Source: Elusimicrobiota bacterium
GTDB taxonomy: Bacteria; Elusimicrobiota; Elusimicrobia; F11
DNA: 64,000 bases
Assembly: GCA_044221725.1 (NCBI GenBank)
Contig: JBGAON010000003.1
Span: forward strand, 416,001 to 480,000
Reading direction: 5' to 3'
The translations under genes and the position numbers were made by a program. Within the stretch, counting starts at the first letter, position 1. Each line of letters begins with the position of its first letter. Positions 37,583 through 47,538 of the stretch are shown here, piece after piece. Below the pieces are notes generated by a model, which had not been told where the DNA came from, made no database searches, and saw only the letters and a list, made by a program, of their open reading frames with translations.

Positions 37583-38363
37583 CACGCGTGAGCCCGCGAG
37601 CGCCGACGAAAATACAATTGGCTTTCCACAATTTTGCTTCTCTGAGAAGCACGTGCTTTGGATTTCCTTTTTCAACCTTGCAGCAAACGCGCATTCCTTT
37701 CTCGCGTAAGCTTTCTGAGTACGATTCGAGCATGGCGAGTTGGTCGATAAACGTTGGTTTTGCGGAATCCATTACGGACAACAGCAGAATTTCTGTTCCG
37801 ATAGGCCACGACCGGCGCGCTACCGCTTGTACCGCGGCAGCCGAGTTTGTGGAGCCGTCGATTCCGATTAGCAAGCGTGGAAATTTTCGCTTTGTTTGAG
37901 TGCCGTGGCGACCAATTCGAACCGAGCATTTCGCTTGCAGGAGTATCATTTGGGACACGCTCCCGAGAAATCGACCCAGGCCGGAGTGTCCGTGGGCGCC
38001 CACCACTATAAAGTCCGGCTTCCAAGATTCTGATTTCTTGATAATTCCCCACGCGGCCGAGTCTTCGCACGATGAATTTTGAACGGTCCATTCAGGAAAC
38101 ATTGACTGAATTTTTTTTCGCGCCTGGGCCGACAGCTGGGTTGCTTCCTGCATCTTTCTTTTCACGGCTTCCCGGGAGCGCAGAATGCTCGCTCGGATCG
38201 GTTTCGGGATTTTTATCTCTGGTCCCTTCGGCAACAAAACCTCCGCCGCCGAGAGAACATGAATATTTGTTTTTCGCGGTAGTCCCGCCCGTTTGAGGTC
38301 TGCGATAGCAACATCCGCGTAGTTCGAACCGTCATAACCCACAAGCAGTTTCATTCTTTTCAT
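37500..38363 (-). CDS. Tandem universal stress protein
   Basis: Two USP domains (VGYDGS..VVGAHG..LGSVS; IGIDGS..VGARG..MGGVS). Confidence 0.9.
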   Translation of the reverse strand: MKRMKLLVGYDGSNYADVAIADLKRAGLPRKTNIHVLSAAEVLLPKGPEIKIPKPIRASILRSREAVKRKMQEATQLSAQARKKIQSMFPEWTVQNSSCEDSAAWGIIKKSESWKPDFIVVGAHGHSGLGRFLGSVSQMILLQAKCSVRIGRHGTQTKRKFPRLLIGIDGSTNSAAAVQAVARRSWPIGTEILLLSVMDSAKPTFIDQLAMLESYSESLREKGMRVCCKVEKGNPKHVLLREAKLWKANCIFVGARGLTRVKRLLMGGVSTAVAARAHCSVEVIRQV

Positions 38364-41116
38364 GGCGTTCTCCCTTTCTGTTGTTGCGTTCTCCTTCGAA
38401 TCCATTTGTCAAGTTCTGCGATCCAAAACACCGATGTGCCAAGGACCAGACATATTGTCAATTCTTTTGGTGGCAATGAAACGGTGTTAAAGAAGGATTG
38501 AAAGAATGGCGTATAGATAACAAAAAGTTGCAAGACTATCGACAATAGCACCGCGCCCAAAAGGGGCGTGTTTGAAAACGGAGGCATTCGAAAAAACGTT
38601 TCTCGCTGCGATCGAAAAGCCAGCGCCATCACAACGTGCAGCACGATGAGGGTTGTGAAAATCATTGTCTGCCAAAGCGGACTTCGGTGGTGCCAATACC
38701 AAGCTCCGATCCCAAGAGGAACCAATCCCACGAGGAAACCAAGCCAAAGTATCTGTACGCCCATTCCGCGCGCAAAAATATTTTCATTCGGAGCGATCGG
38801 AGCACTTTTCATTACGTTTTTCCCGGCGGGCTCGACTCCCAGCGCTAACGCCGGAATTCCGTCCGTGATCAAATTTATCCACAGAATCTGAACGGGCAAA
38901 AGGGGCATCGGCATCCCGATGAAAGGCGCCGCCAACATCAACCAAATTTCTCCGACGTTGCCCGTCAACAAATATCGCAAGGACTTGCGAATATTTTCAT
39001 AAATTACGCGTCCTTCCTTTATTGCAGCGATAATCGTCGCAAAATTATCATCAAGCAACACCATGTCGGAAGCCTCTTTTGCAACATCGGTTCCGGATAT
39101 TCCCATGGCGACTCCGATGTCCGCCTTCTTCAGTGCGGGCGCATCGTTGATTCCATCGCCGGTCATTGCCACAATATGTCCCCGCTTTTGCAACGCTTGA
39201 ACGATGGTCAATTTGTGTTCGGGACAGACACGAGCATAAACGGAAATTTCCTCCGCTATTGATTCGAGCTTGGCCGGCGACATTTGATCCAATTCCGCTC
39301 CGGTTAGAACCGTTCCCACTGAAAATCCCAATTCTCGCGCAATAGCATTGGCTGTTAACGGATGGTCACCGGTAATCATCACGGGTTTAATTCCAGCCGC
39401 CAAACACGTGTGGACGGCGTCTTTCACTTCCGTTCGCAACGGATCCATCAACGCGACAAGACCAATAAAAGTGAGGCGCTGTTCAATGGAAGATTGATCC
39501 GTCTGTGACAAAGTGGTGCCTTCCTCTATTTTGCGGTAGGCAATTCCTATGACACGCATTCCTTGCTCGGCGAACGCGCTCTGCGCGGTTTGGATTCGCT
39601 CCGACCAATGCGTATCCAACGTCTGGATTTTCCGATCGATGAAGACATGCGTCGAAATCGAGAGCAACGAATCAACCGACCCCTTCGAAAACACCGCATA
39701 AGAAGAACCGGTTTGCGAGTGTTGACGGGTTGTTTCAAAAGCTCCCCAATGTTCGGTAGCGTCAACAATCTTATGGACCGTGGTCATTCGCTTTCGATTG
39801 GAATCAAATGAAAACTCGCGCACGCGTGGAAATTCTTGTTCAAGCCGCGTTTTATGCAAACCGAAACGGGCCGCGGCCACCGCCAGCGCCGTTTCCGTTG
39901 GATCTCCGATTGCATCAGCGTTGGACGTGCCTTTGGTGTCCTCTTGAAGAATCGCATCGTTGCAAAGAGCGCCTGCGATTAACACAGGATCGATGACGCC
40001 GAGTCGTTCTGTTTCCGGCACGTTGTTTCTTAAATCGATTTTACGGTCGAGCCGATCAATGAGCGAGACCGTCATTTTGTTTTGTGTCAACGTTCCGGTT
40101 TTGTCCGTGCAAATAACGGACACCGAACCCAATGTTTCAACGGCGGGAAGACTTCGAATAAGTGCGTTGCGTCTCAACATGCGCCGGGCCCCAAAGGCCA
40201 GGTTGATGGTAACGATGGCGGGAAGACCTTCGGGAACCGCTGCAACGGCGATGCTCATGGCTGTCAGGAACATCAGTTTCAAATTCTCGCCGCGCAACAT
40301 TCCCAGCGCAAATATGACGCCGACAATAACAAGCGCCGCAAACGCTAAGCGATTTCCGACATGATTCAACCGTCGTTGAAGCGGTGTTGAATCTTCCTGA
40401 ACGGACTGAATCATGCTCGCAATTCGCCCCAATTCCGTTGTCATGCCGGTTTCGGTAATGACCATGAGACCCCGACCGAACGTGATAAAGGTGCCGGCGT
40501 AGGCCATGTTGAACCGCTCGGCGAGAGGCGCGTTCGCGTCTGCAACAACGCCCGCTTGTTTTCTCACCGAATCCGATTCCCCCGTGAGCGCGGATTCTTT
40601 TATCTGGAGATTGATGCTCTCAACGATTCGGCCGTCGGCGGGCACAACATTGCCTGCTTCAAGCACAACCACGTCTCCGGGCACAATCTCGGACGCGGAA
40701 ATCTGTTGAACGCGCTCATCCCGTTTGACTTTCACGGTGGGTACCGTGAGATTCCGTAACGCCGCCAGTGCCCTTTCGGCGCGCCGTTCTTGAATAAAAC
40801 CGAGCAAAGCGTTCAGAACCAAAATGGCGCCAATCGAGATAACGTTTTTGGTATCGCCCAGCGCCGCCGAAATAACGGTGGATGCCACGAGAACGAGGAC
40901 AACCGTCGACGAAAATTGCGAAATCAAAACCCGCCACGCGCTGCGGGCTTTTACTTCCACCAATTCGTTGGGCCCGTACTGAGCGAAGCGATTCTTCGCA
41001 TCCCGCTCGCTGAGCCCAACCGAACTGTTGGATCCCAGTTGCTGCAGCACTTCGTTGACGGTTTTCGTGTGCCAGCGGTCGGTTCGAACGGATGCTCTTT
41101 GTGCTCTTGCTCCCAC
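38360..41116 (-). CDS. Cation-transporting P-type ATPase (Ca2+-type)
   Basis: TGES, PEGL, DKTGT, TGDGINDAPAL. Confidence 0.95.
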   Translation of the reverse strand: MGARAQRASVRTDRWHTKTVNEVLQQLGSNSSVGLSERDAKNRFAQYGPNELVEVKARSAWRVLISQFSSTVVLVLVASTVISAALGDTKNVISIGAILVLNALLGFIQERRAERALAALRNLTVPTVKVKRDERVQQISASEIVPGDVVVLEAGNVVPADGRIVESINLQIKESALTGESDSVRKQAGVVADANAPLAERFNMAYAGTFITFGRGLMVITETGMTTELGRIASMIQSVQEDSTPLQRRLNHVGNRLAFAALVIVGVIFALGMLRGENLKLMFLTAMSIAVAAVPEGLPAIVTINLAFGARRMLRRNALIRSLPAVETLGSVSVICTDKTGTLTQNKMTVSLIDRLDRKIDLRNNVPETERLGVIDPVLIAGALCNDAILQEDTKGTSNADAIGDPTETALAVAAARFGLHKTRLEQEFPRVREFSFDSNRKRMTTVHKIVDATEHWGAFETTRQHSQTGSSYAVFSKGSVDSLLSISTHVFIDRKIQTLDTHWSERIQTAQSAFAEQGMRVIGIAYRKIEEGTTLSQTDQSSIEQRLTFIGLVALMDPLRTEVKDAVHTCLAAGIKPVMITGDHPLTANAIARELGFSVGTVLTGAELDQMSPAKLESIAEEISVYARVCPEHKLTIVQALQKRGHIVAMTGDGINDAPALKKADIGVAMGISGTDVAKEASDMVLLDDNFATIIAAIKEGRVIYENIRKSLRYLLTGNVGEIWLMLAAPFIGMPMPLLPVQILWINLITDGIPALALGVEPAGKNVMKSAPIAPNENIFARGMGVQILWLGFLVGLVPLGIGAWYWHHRSPLWQTMIFTTLIVLHVVMALAFRSQRETFFRMPPFSNTPLLGAVLLSIVLQLFVIYTPFFQSFFNTVSLPPKELTICLVLGTSVFWIAELDKWIRRRTQQQKGRTP

Positions 41117-41144
41117 GATGGCGCACCTCCAATGGGGCTTAGGT

Positions 41145-41528
41145 TTACTTTAGGTCGAGCAGTTCTTGTTTGGAATCGGTTCCAAGGATGGCGAGGCAGG
41201 CTTCGATATCGTTTTTTATTTCTTGAAGCGCGGGAACAGTGGAAATTTGTTTGTCGGTGCTGGTCGCAAGCGGGCGGTTGGAATAAATTCGACCGAGTTC
41301 GCGGCGCGCGCCGGCGAGGGTAAATCGCTTTTCTACGACCAAATGTTTTACACGGCCAATCATGTCGATTTCCGATTTCGTGTATTTGCGGTGACCCGAA
41401 TATCGGCGAGCGGGCCTTAAAAATTTAAATTGCGACTCCCAATACCGAAGCACGTGTGGCTTGATGCCGGTAATTTTCGCGACGTCGCCAATCGTGTAGT
41501 AATGTTTTTCGGGCAGCGTCCAATTCAC
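41145..41528 (-). CDS. MerR-family regulator (IHF-linked type)
   Basis: YYTIGDVA..PHVLRYWE..GHRKY. Confidence 0.9.
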   Translation of the reverse strand: MNWTLPEKHYYTIGDVAKITGIKPHVLRYWESQFKFLRPARRYSGHRKYTKSEIDMIGRVKHLVVEKRFTLAGARRELGRIYSNRPLATSTDKQISTVPALQEIKNDIEACLAILGTDSKQELLDLK

Positions 41529-41782
41529 ATGAAATCCTTGGCTTTTCGGAATTTAACGGCGGGACGTTCGGGAATTAAAACTTCCTGTCCTGTTTTTATA
41601 TTCCGTCCTTTCTTTGGTTTGCGCATCACAATGTGAAAACTGCCAAACCCTTGCACGACCACTTTCTCGTGTTTGCGAAGCGCGTCTCGCATTGCGTTAA
41701 ACAAAAAGTCGACGATGCGTTGAGCCTCCACCCGTGATCCTGTTAATTTTGAAACGCCCTCCACCATGTGCGCTTTGTTCAT
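41525..41782 (-). CDS. HU/IHF DNA-binding protein
   Basis: MNKA..GFGSF..GRNIKTG..VKFR. Confidence 0.92.
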   Translation of the reverse strand: MNKAHMVEGVSKLTGSRVEAQRIVDFLFNAMRDALRKHEKVVVQGFGSFHIVMRKPKKGRNIKTGQEVLIPERPAVKFRKAKDFM

Positions 41783-42798
41783 ACGGCGATTCCCTCCATC
41801 TCTGCTCCCACTTGCCGTGCCATGAGGTCACGAATCGAGTCCTGTGGAGGCTTGTTTTCAAAAAGAATTTTATAAATCTCGTTAACAATCGGCATTTCAA
41901 CTTTTTTCGCGCGCGACAAATGGTACGCAGATTCCGTTGTGTTGACGCCTTCGGCCACCATCGTCATTTCGCTGAGCGCCTGTTTCAGATTTTTTCCTTT
42001 GCCAATTTTTTCGCCGAGCATTCGATTGCGTGAATGTTTTGACCCGCAGGTGACGATCAAGTCTCCTAAGCCAGATAAGCCAAAAAATGTCACCGGTTGC
42101 GCTCCCATCACTTTGCCGAGCCGCGCCATTTCCGCCAATCCGCGCGTCATGAGGGCCGCTTTTGTGTTGTCGCCCAGATCGAGTCCATCCACAATGCCAC
42201 TGGCCACCGCATATACATTCTTAATTGAGCCACCGAGTTCGACGCCCAAGGGGTCGCTGCTTGTGTACACGCGAAAGCGTTCCTGTGAAAACATCTCTTT
42301 CACGCGATCCGCGGCGGACCTTGATTTGGAGGCCGACACCAGCGCGACCGGTCGACCCAGCGCCACCTCTTCGGCGTGGCTGGGCCCGCTGAGAATAACA
42401 AGTTCGCTTGCCGCTGGGAATATTTCAGAAATTATCTGGCTCATTGTGCAAAATGTTCGATTTTCAATTCCTTTGGTCGCGCTTATAACGAGCGCTGTGT
42501 TCGCCAACGCACCGCTCGATTGGGCGGCCGCGAACGTTGAGCGGACGCCATGAGAAGGCGTAACTGACAACACCACAGGCCGGTCGCGCAATGTTTCACC
42601 AATGTCGTTTGATACTTGAACGGAAGCAGGAATTTGCAACTCCGGTAACGTTTTCAGCGTGCGCTGCTTCCTTAAGAAGTCCGCTACATCTTTAGCGTAT
42701 TCCCAAATCATCACATCGTGGCCGAGTTTTGCGAGGTGAACGGCCAACGTTGCGCCCCAGGTTCCTCCTCCCAATACGGCCACCCGCTCTTTTTTCAT
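41779..42798 (-). CDS. gpsA: NAD(P)H-dependent glycerol-3-phosphate dehydrogenase
   Basis: GGGTWG, ATKGIE, SGPSHAEEV, GLGDLIVTC, SRNR. Confidence 0.96.
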   Translation of the reverse strand: MKKERVAVLGGGTWGATLAVHLAKLGHDVMIWEYAKDVADFLRKQRTLKTLPELQIPASVQVSNDIGETLRDRPVVLSVTPSHGVRSTFAAAQSSGALANTALVISATKGIENRTFCTMSQIISEIFPAASELVILSGPSHAEEVALGRPVALVSASKSRSAADRVKEMFSQERFRVYTSSDPLGVELGGSIKNVYAVASGIVDGLDLGDNTKAALMTRGLAEMARLGKVMGAQPVTFFGLSGLGDLIVTCGSKHSRNRMLGEKIGKGKNLKQALSEMTMVAEGVNTTESAYHLSRAKKVEMPIVNEIYKILFENKPPQDSIRDLMARQVGAEMEGIAV

Positions 42799-43391
42799 GA
42801 GAATTTCGCCTTTGGCTCCTCGCCTTTTGCGAGCCGTTTCATGTTGGGAATGTGTTTAACAAGAATCATGAGCGCGGCCACAATACCAAGAATTCTTAAA
42901 GTGGGTGGTGTGTTGGTCAAAAACATACTTACCAATAGTACGAGCGCACCGGCCATGGATCCCACCGAAACGTGTCGCGTGGACAGAAAAAAAATCAGAA
43001 ACGTCACCACAGCCAAGGTGGCCTGCAGCGGAACGAGAGCGAGAAACACGCCGGCCGAGGTCGCAACGCCCTTTCCTCCCGATCCCATCAGAAAAATGCT
43101 CCAGTTGTGTCCGACAATCGCCGCGAGCCCGCACGCGACCGCAAATCCGACGTGGTTCGGAAAAAAATGTCGCACGAGAACGACGGGCAAAACACCTTTC
43201 AACGCGTCGAGCGTCAACGTCGCGATTCCGGGCTTCTTCCCGAGAACACGCCACACGTTTGTTGCACCGGTGTTTTTCGAACCGTGTTCCCGTATGTTGA
43301 CGTGATAGAAAACACGCGCAATGATCACGCCGAACGGAATGGCCCCGATCAAATAGGAAATTGCCACGACCAAGTTTATTGACGGTGCCAT
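42795..43391 (-). CDS. plsY: Glycerol-3-phosphate acyltransferase
   Basis: YLIGAIPFG, GSKNTGATN, DALKG, GGKGVAT, KHIPNMKRL. Confidence 0.95.
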   Translation of the reverse strand: MAPSINLVVAISYLIGAIPFGVIIARVFYHVNIREHGSKNTGATNVWRVLGKKPGIATLTLDALKGVLPVVLVRHFFPNHVGFAVACGLAAIVGHNWSIFLMGSGGKGVATSAGVFLALVPLQATLAVVTFLIFFLSTRHVSVGSMAGALVLLVSMFLTNTPPTLRILGIVAALMILVKHIPNMKRLAKGEEPKAKFS

Positions 43392-43912
43392 TATGTCCAA
43401 GCTCCCAATTTTTTTTCTCCTACGATGACATAGTCGACCGATGACGCGATCGTAAAGAGCAACATAAGCCACAACGAAAGTCTCACGATATCGGGCGACG
43501 CGGGAATCAAGCACACGAGCGCGGTGGCCATCTGCACGGCGGTTGTAATTTTTCCAAGAATGCGCGGTTCGATTGCTGAAGAGCCCGTCAGGATATGAAT
43601 CACAGCCCAACCGAGCACAATGAGCAGATCGCGCGAGAAGACGACGACGAACGTCCACATCGGTACTTGATGCAGATACGTGAGCGTCATAAAAATTGAT
43701 GTCAGCAGCAATTTGTCGGCCATCGGATCGAGAAATGCGCCGAGTTTTGTTCCCTGCTTAAAATGGCGCGCGACAAGCCCGTCGAGAAAGTCGGTGGCCA
43801 TGCACACGAGCAGCAGCGAGTAAACAGTCTTAATGTGGTTCTCAAGCAGCGCGATGACAATGATCGGCACCATGAGAATACGCCCGGTGGTTATTTTGTT
43901 GGCAAGTGTCAT
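43391..43912 (-). CDS. pgsA: CDP-alcohol phosphatidyltransferase (PgsA-like)
   Basis: TDFLDGLVAR..GAFLDPMADK motif. Confidence 0.85.
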   Translation of the reverse strand: MTLANKITTGRILMVPIIVIALLENHIKTVYSLLLVCMATDFLDGLVARHFKQGTKLGAFLDPMADKLLLTSIFMTLTYLHQVPMWTFVVVFSRDLLIVLGWAVIHILTGSSAIEPRILGKITTAVQMATALVCLIPASPDIVRLSLWLMLLFTIASSVDYVIVGEKKLGAWT

Positions 43913-45165
43913 GGCGTTGTGAGCTCGTGTGAAATTTTTTCCCAGTTTGCGGGATCGATGCGCAAGCGCAGATTTGTTCCGGTGGCCGTGGCGTTCTGTT
44001 CGAGAATGTGAGCGGTCCGATAGATGTCTGACATTAGTCGTTGTTTGGTGTGCGGAAGATCAAAGTTGACTTCGATGAGATTTTCATCCAGCTTTTGTTC
44101 GATGGCGGAAAGCAACTCGTTTAATCCCAATCCTGTTTTCCCTGAGATATGGAAGCCGTCGTTCCCGCGCAGGCGAGAACCCAGACGCTGAAAATTTTTG
44201 GGAGCGACGTCCGCCTTGTTGAATACGGTGATCATCGGAATTTTGTCGGCGCCTAGGTTTTTGATGACGTCGAGCACCGTGCGTTGTTGTTCTTTCCAAT
44301 CGGGTATGGATGCGTCAATCACGTGCACGAGAAGCGACGCTTCCGACACTTCTTCGAGCGTCGCACGGAACGCGGCCACAAGTTCGGTGGGCAATTTTTG
44401 AATAAAACCCACGGTGTCGGTGAACAGCACGGCCCGACCCGCTGGCAGTTTCACGCGGCGCGTGGTCGGGTCAAGCGTCGCAAACAGTTTGTCGTCGGCG
44501 TACACTTCGTTCGCCTTCCCTATTAATGAGTTCAGCAACGTTGATTTTCCGACGTTTGTGTAACCGACCAGCGCAATCTGCGGTAGCGGTACGCTTTGAC
44601 GGTTTACGCGCGCGCGGTCGCGATGCTCACGCACGTCTTCAATCTCTTTTTTAAGGCGTTTAATGCGCTCGCGCACGTAACGGCGCTCCACTTCAATTTT
44701 TCGTTCACCGGGACCACGCGTTCCGATGCCACCCATTTGTTGCGAAAATCCGCGCCATGAACCGGTGAGCCGCGGCACCAAATAATTTAGCTGTGCCAAT
44801 TCGATCTGAAGTTGTCCTTCGCGGGTACGCGCGCGCTGGGCGAAGATGTCGAGAATGAGCCGTGTTCGGTCCACGATCTTCGCGTGCAAAATCTTCTCAA
44901 TATTCTTCTGTTGGGCGGCCGTAAGGTCGTCGTCAAACACCACGGTTTTGATTCCGGTGCCTTGAATGCTTTGTTCGACCTCGGCAATCTTCCCTTTCCC
45001 AATGAGCGTCGCAGGATCTTTTCGCGCCCGCTCCTGCGAGAACTCTTTCACAACCGTTCCGCCCGCCGTTTCTACAAGACGACGAAGCTCTTCCATGAGA
45101 CTTGAGAATTGGGTTTCGGGTTGGCGAGGTTGTCGGATTCCGACGGTGGCAACTTGTTCCATCAT
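43909..45165 (-). CDS. hflX: GTPase HflX
   Basis: IGKGK, ILDIFAQRA, GYTNVGKS, LFATLD, DTVGF, NKAD. Confidence 0.96.
   Translation of the reverse strand: MMEQVATVGIRQPRQPETQFSSLMEELRRLVETAGGTVVKEFSQERARKDPATLIGKGKIAEVEQSIQGTGIKTVVFDDDLTAAQQKNIEKILHAKIVDRTRLILDIFAQRARTREGQLQIELAQLNYLVPRLTGSWRGFSQQMGGIGTRGPGERKIEVERRYVRERIKRLKKEIEDVREHRDRARVNRQSVPLPQIALVGYTNVGKSTLLNSLIGKANEVYADDKLFATLDPTTRRVKLPAGRAVLFTDTVGFIQKLPTELVAAFRATLEEVSEASLLVHVIDASIPDWKEQQRTVLDVIKNLGADKIPMITVFNKADVAPKNFQRLGSRLRGNDGFHISGKTGLGLNELLSAIEQKLDENLIEVNFDLPHTKQRLMSDIYRTAHILEQNATATGTNLRLRIDPANWEKISHELTTP
44157..44184 (+). repeat. CGTC-type REP palindrome inside the hflX coding sequence
   Basis: CGTC-GTTCCCGC-gcag-GCGAGAAC-CCAG; read on the minus strand as LGSRLRGND. 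Confidence 0.7.
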
Positions 45166-46133
45166 GCGGAGGCAGTATAACAAAAAGCCTTCATTCTCAT
45201 GGCCAATTCCTGCTTTGTTAAGACTTTTCCGCCCTCTTCGCACGCAAACCATGCGGGTTTGATCTGCGTACGAAACCACGTGCGTTGGCGTTTTGCGTAG
45301 GCCAGCGTTCCCTTGATGAGTGCCGTGAGGAACTGATCGCGATTGAGTGTTCCTTGTACCACCTGAACCGCTTCGCGGTAACCAAAACTTTCGAGTGCGG
45401 GGCAGTGCGGCGAGAATCCTTGGCGGAGCACCTCAGCGGTTTCTTCAATCATTCCGTCTTTCAACATTCCGGCCGATCGTTCGCGAATCCGCATTTCCAA
45501 TCGTTCTTTGTTCCAATCGAGACCCATAACAACAAACGAGTGCCGCGGTTTTTCGCGCGAAACGTTTTTCCAATCCGAAAAACGTCGGCCCGTAAGTTCC
45601 AATACTTCGAGTGCGCGAATGATTTTGTGTTGATCGTGCGAGGTAATGGCGGCCGCGGCGGTGGGATCGATTTGAACCAATTTTGCGTACAGTGCGTGCA
45701 CGCCGTTCGCGGTGATTTCGTTTTCAAATTTTTTTCGAATGGCGGCGTCGGCTTTCGGTAACGGTGGCAGTCCTTGCTGCAGCGCTTTGAAATAAAATCC
45801 CGTGCCGCCAACGAGGATGGGTGTTTTTCCCCGCTCCAAGATTTCATCGATTAAGCGGTTGGCGTCGGCTGCGAAGTCTCCGGCGTTGTACGGCTGGTCG
45901 GGTTTTAGAAATGCCATCAAGTGATGCGCGACGCCTTCGACAACAAACTGATCGCCGCTGCGAACGCCAGCCGGCGTTGCCGTTCCGACCGGCAACCCCT
46001 CATAAACCTTTCGCGAATCAACCGAGATTATCTCTCCATCGAGCAACCGCGCGAGCTCGATGCCGATCGATGTTTTCCCGGACGCCGTTTGCCCAAAAAG
46101 TACCGGAATATTTTTCTTCAGAGGAACTGCCAT
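45162..46133 (-). CDS. miaA: tRNA dimethylallyltransferase
   Basis: GQTASGKT, ISVDSRKVY, VGGTGFY, IIRALEV, YAKRQRTWFR. Confidence 0.96.
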   Translation of the reverse strand: MAVPLKKNIPVLFGQTASGKTSIGIELARLLDGEIISVDSRKVYEGLPVGTATPAGVRSGDQFVVEGVAHHLMAFLKPDQPYNAGDFAADANRLIDEILERGKTPILVGGTGFYFKALQQGLPPLPKADAAIRKKFENEITANGVHALYAKLVQIDPTAAAAITSHDQHKIIRALEVLELTGRRFSDWKNVSREKPRHSFVVMGLDWNKERLEMRIRERSAGMLKDGMIEETAEVLRQGFSPHCPALESFGYREAVQVVQGTLNRDQFLTALIKGTLAYAKRQRTWFRTQIKPAWFACEEGGKVLTKQELAMRMKAFCYTASA

Positions 46134-46150
46134 AGCGGCGGAATCGTATC

Positions 46151-46207
46151 AAATGGAAATGGGGCTGCAGGTTCCTGCGACGCAGGTCCTACAGCCCCAT
46201 TCTATTT
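46151..46207 (-). terminator. Long hairpin, probable intrinsic terminator
   Basis: AAATGGGGCTGCAGG..CCTACAGCCCCATTT inverted repeat just after the stop at 46206. Confidence 0.55.
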
Positions 46208-46550
46208 ATTGCTGCGATTTCTTTTTGAACGGATGCGTTACGGTAATGCGCTGCGCTTTGTTGATGTCGTTTTCGGTCACGTACGACACAATGAGAGATT
46301 GGCCGATCTTTAGTTCGGTCGGCTTCACCTCTTTGCTGTCCGACAGAACGGTTGTTTGGTCGTTCCATTGGAAATGAGCGTCCAGCTGTTGCTTTTTGTT
46401 ACGAACGGTCAGGTTTTTCTTCGCGACATCGATCGCCGCAATTTTTCCGTAAAACCGTTCGCCCGGCATGGACGAGATGGGTTCGGCAGCTTTCAGCGAT
46501 GCAACGACGAGGCAGGTGAGGCCGGCAATGGCCAATGCAACTTTCTTCAT
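46206..46550 (-). CDS. Secreted small beta-rich protein (OB-fold-like)
   Basis: Signal peptide MKKVALAIAG..LKA; GKIAAID..LKIGQSLIVSY. Confidence 0.7.
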   Translation of the reverse strand: MKKVALAIAGLTCLVVASLKAAEPISSMPGERFYGKIAAIDVAKKNLTVRNKKQQLDAHFQWNDQTTVLSDSKEVKPTELKIGQSLIVSYVTENDINKAQRITVTHPFKKKSQQ

Positions 46551-46656
46551 GATGAAACTCCTAGTTAGGAAGGAGGGCTCCAATTATTTGGAGAGGTGGC
46601 TCATTCTACGACGGAGAACGCGGATGAATGTAAGCGGAGTGTAAACTTTGTGTAAG

Positions 46657-47022
46657 TTAGCGTGCGGTGCGCCGACGATCTTTCTTGAGCTTTGTGTTCG
46701 GTAAAGACTCATCGGATGTGGGAGTGGGAACATCGCCTCCCCAACGCTGAATGTCGATACCGCTCTCAAATTTTGATTCATCTTTGGAGCGCTGCGTCCA
46801 AACGACCCGGCCTTCGCAATACGTGTGGTTGGATGCGTCGGCAAATGAAATGTGAAGGTACGACGCTTCGACGAGCGGGATCGATGTGATGAGCCGCATT
46901 CCGTTCGGCCCAATTTCCACGCCAGCACCAAGGATTGGCGTTCCGTCAGGTAGAAACCGGATTTTCACTTCAAGGGCGGTGTCGTAGCGGAGAGCCTTTC
47001 GGCGATCGTTCGTGGCGCTCAT
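46657..47022 (-). CDS. PilZ-domain protein
   Basis: RRKALR (RxxxR), variant EIGPNGM, GRVVW. Confidence 0.75.
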   Translation of the reverse strand: MSATNDRRKALRYDTALEVKIRFLPDGTPILGAGVEIGPNGMRLITSIPLVEASYLHISFADASNHTYCEGRVVWTQRSKDESKFESGIDIQRWGGDVPTPTSDESLPNTKLKKDRRRTAR

Positions 47023-47345
47023 GCGGATTTTCGAAAAATCTCAAAAATGCTTTTTTTTGGTGGAGCCAGCCGTTGCAATTCGCGGATCAAATCTTCCCGC
47101 GCTTTATCGAATTGGACAGCGAGCGGACGAAGAGACTGCAGATCGGCGAGAAATTGGTGCGAGGCGTCATCTTTCAGGAAATCAAATGTGGGCGATTCTT
47201 TTGCCGCGGGTTCAGGTTTGGGCGGGAGGATTTTTTCAATCTCGTGCTGAGTCGGCACATCGATAGAAACGGATTGAATTGGCAATTTGTTTTTGTGTTC
47301 GTTCCCCTGGAAAAACCAATGCCACAAGTCGATCAAAAATTGCAT
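47019..47345 (-). CDS. Hypothetical protein
   Basis: ORF coupled by ATGA overlap to the PilZ gene. Confidence 0.55.
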   Translation of the reverse strand: MQFLIDLWHWFFQGNEHKNKLPIQSVSIDVPTQHEIEKILPPKPEPAAKESPTFDFLKDDASHQFLADLQSLRPLAVQFDKAREDLIRELQRLAPPKKSIFEIFRKSA

Positions 47346-47406
47346 ACGCCAAGGTTAGCTGAGATTCATCCAAATGCAATGGGGATAAACGATTTTTCCG
47401 AAAGAA

Positions 47407-47449
47407 CTGGGGGCTCATCTACATCCCCTCCGACATAGAGAGCCCCCAG
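47407..47449 (-). terminator. Probable intrinsic terminator
   Basis: CTGGGGGCTC..GAGCCCCCAG stem, followed by TTCTTT on the minus strand. Confidence 0.5.
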
Positions 47450-47538
47450 AAAGGCGAGCGCAATATTAATGGAGAGGCGTTCCACTCAACGTAAAGTGTA
47501 TGTAAGTTAATTGTAAGAAGTTGGCTTATGAAAAGGGT

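Noticed and set aside
47346..47538. c-di-GMP riboswitch ahead of the PilZ operon
   Set aside because: Only a terminator-like hairpin is visible; no class I or II consensus recognised
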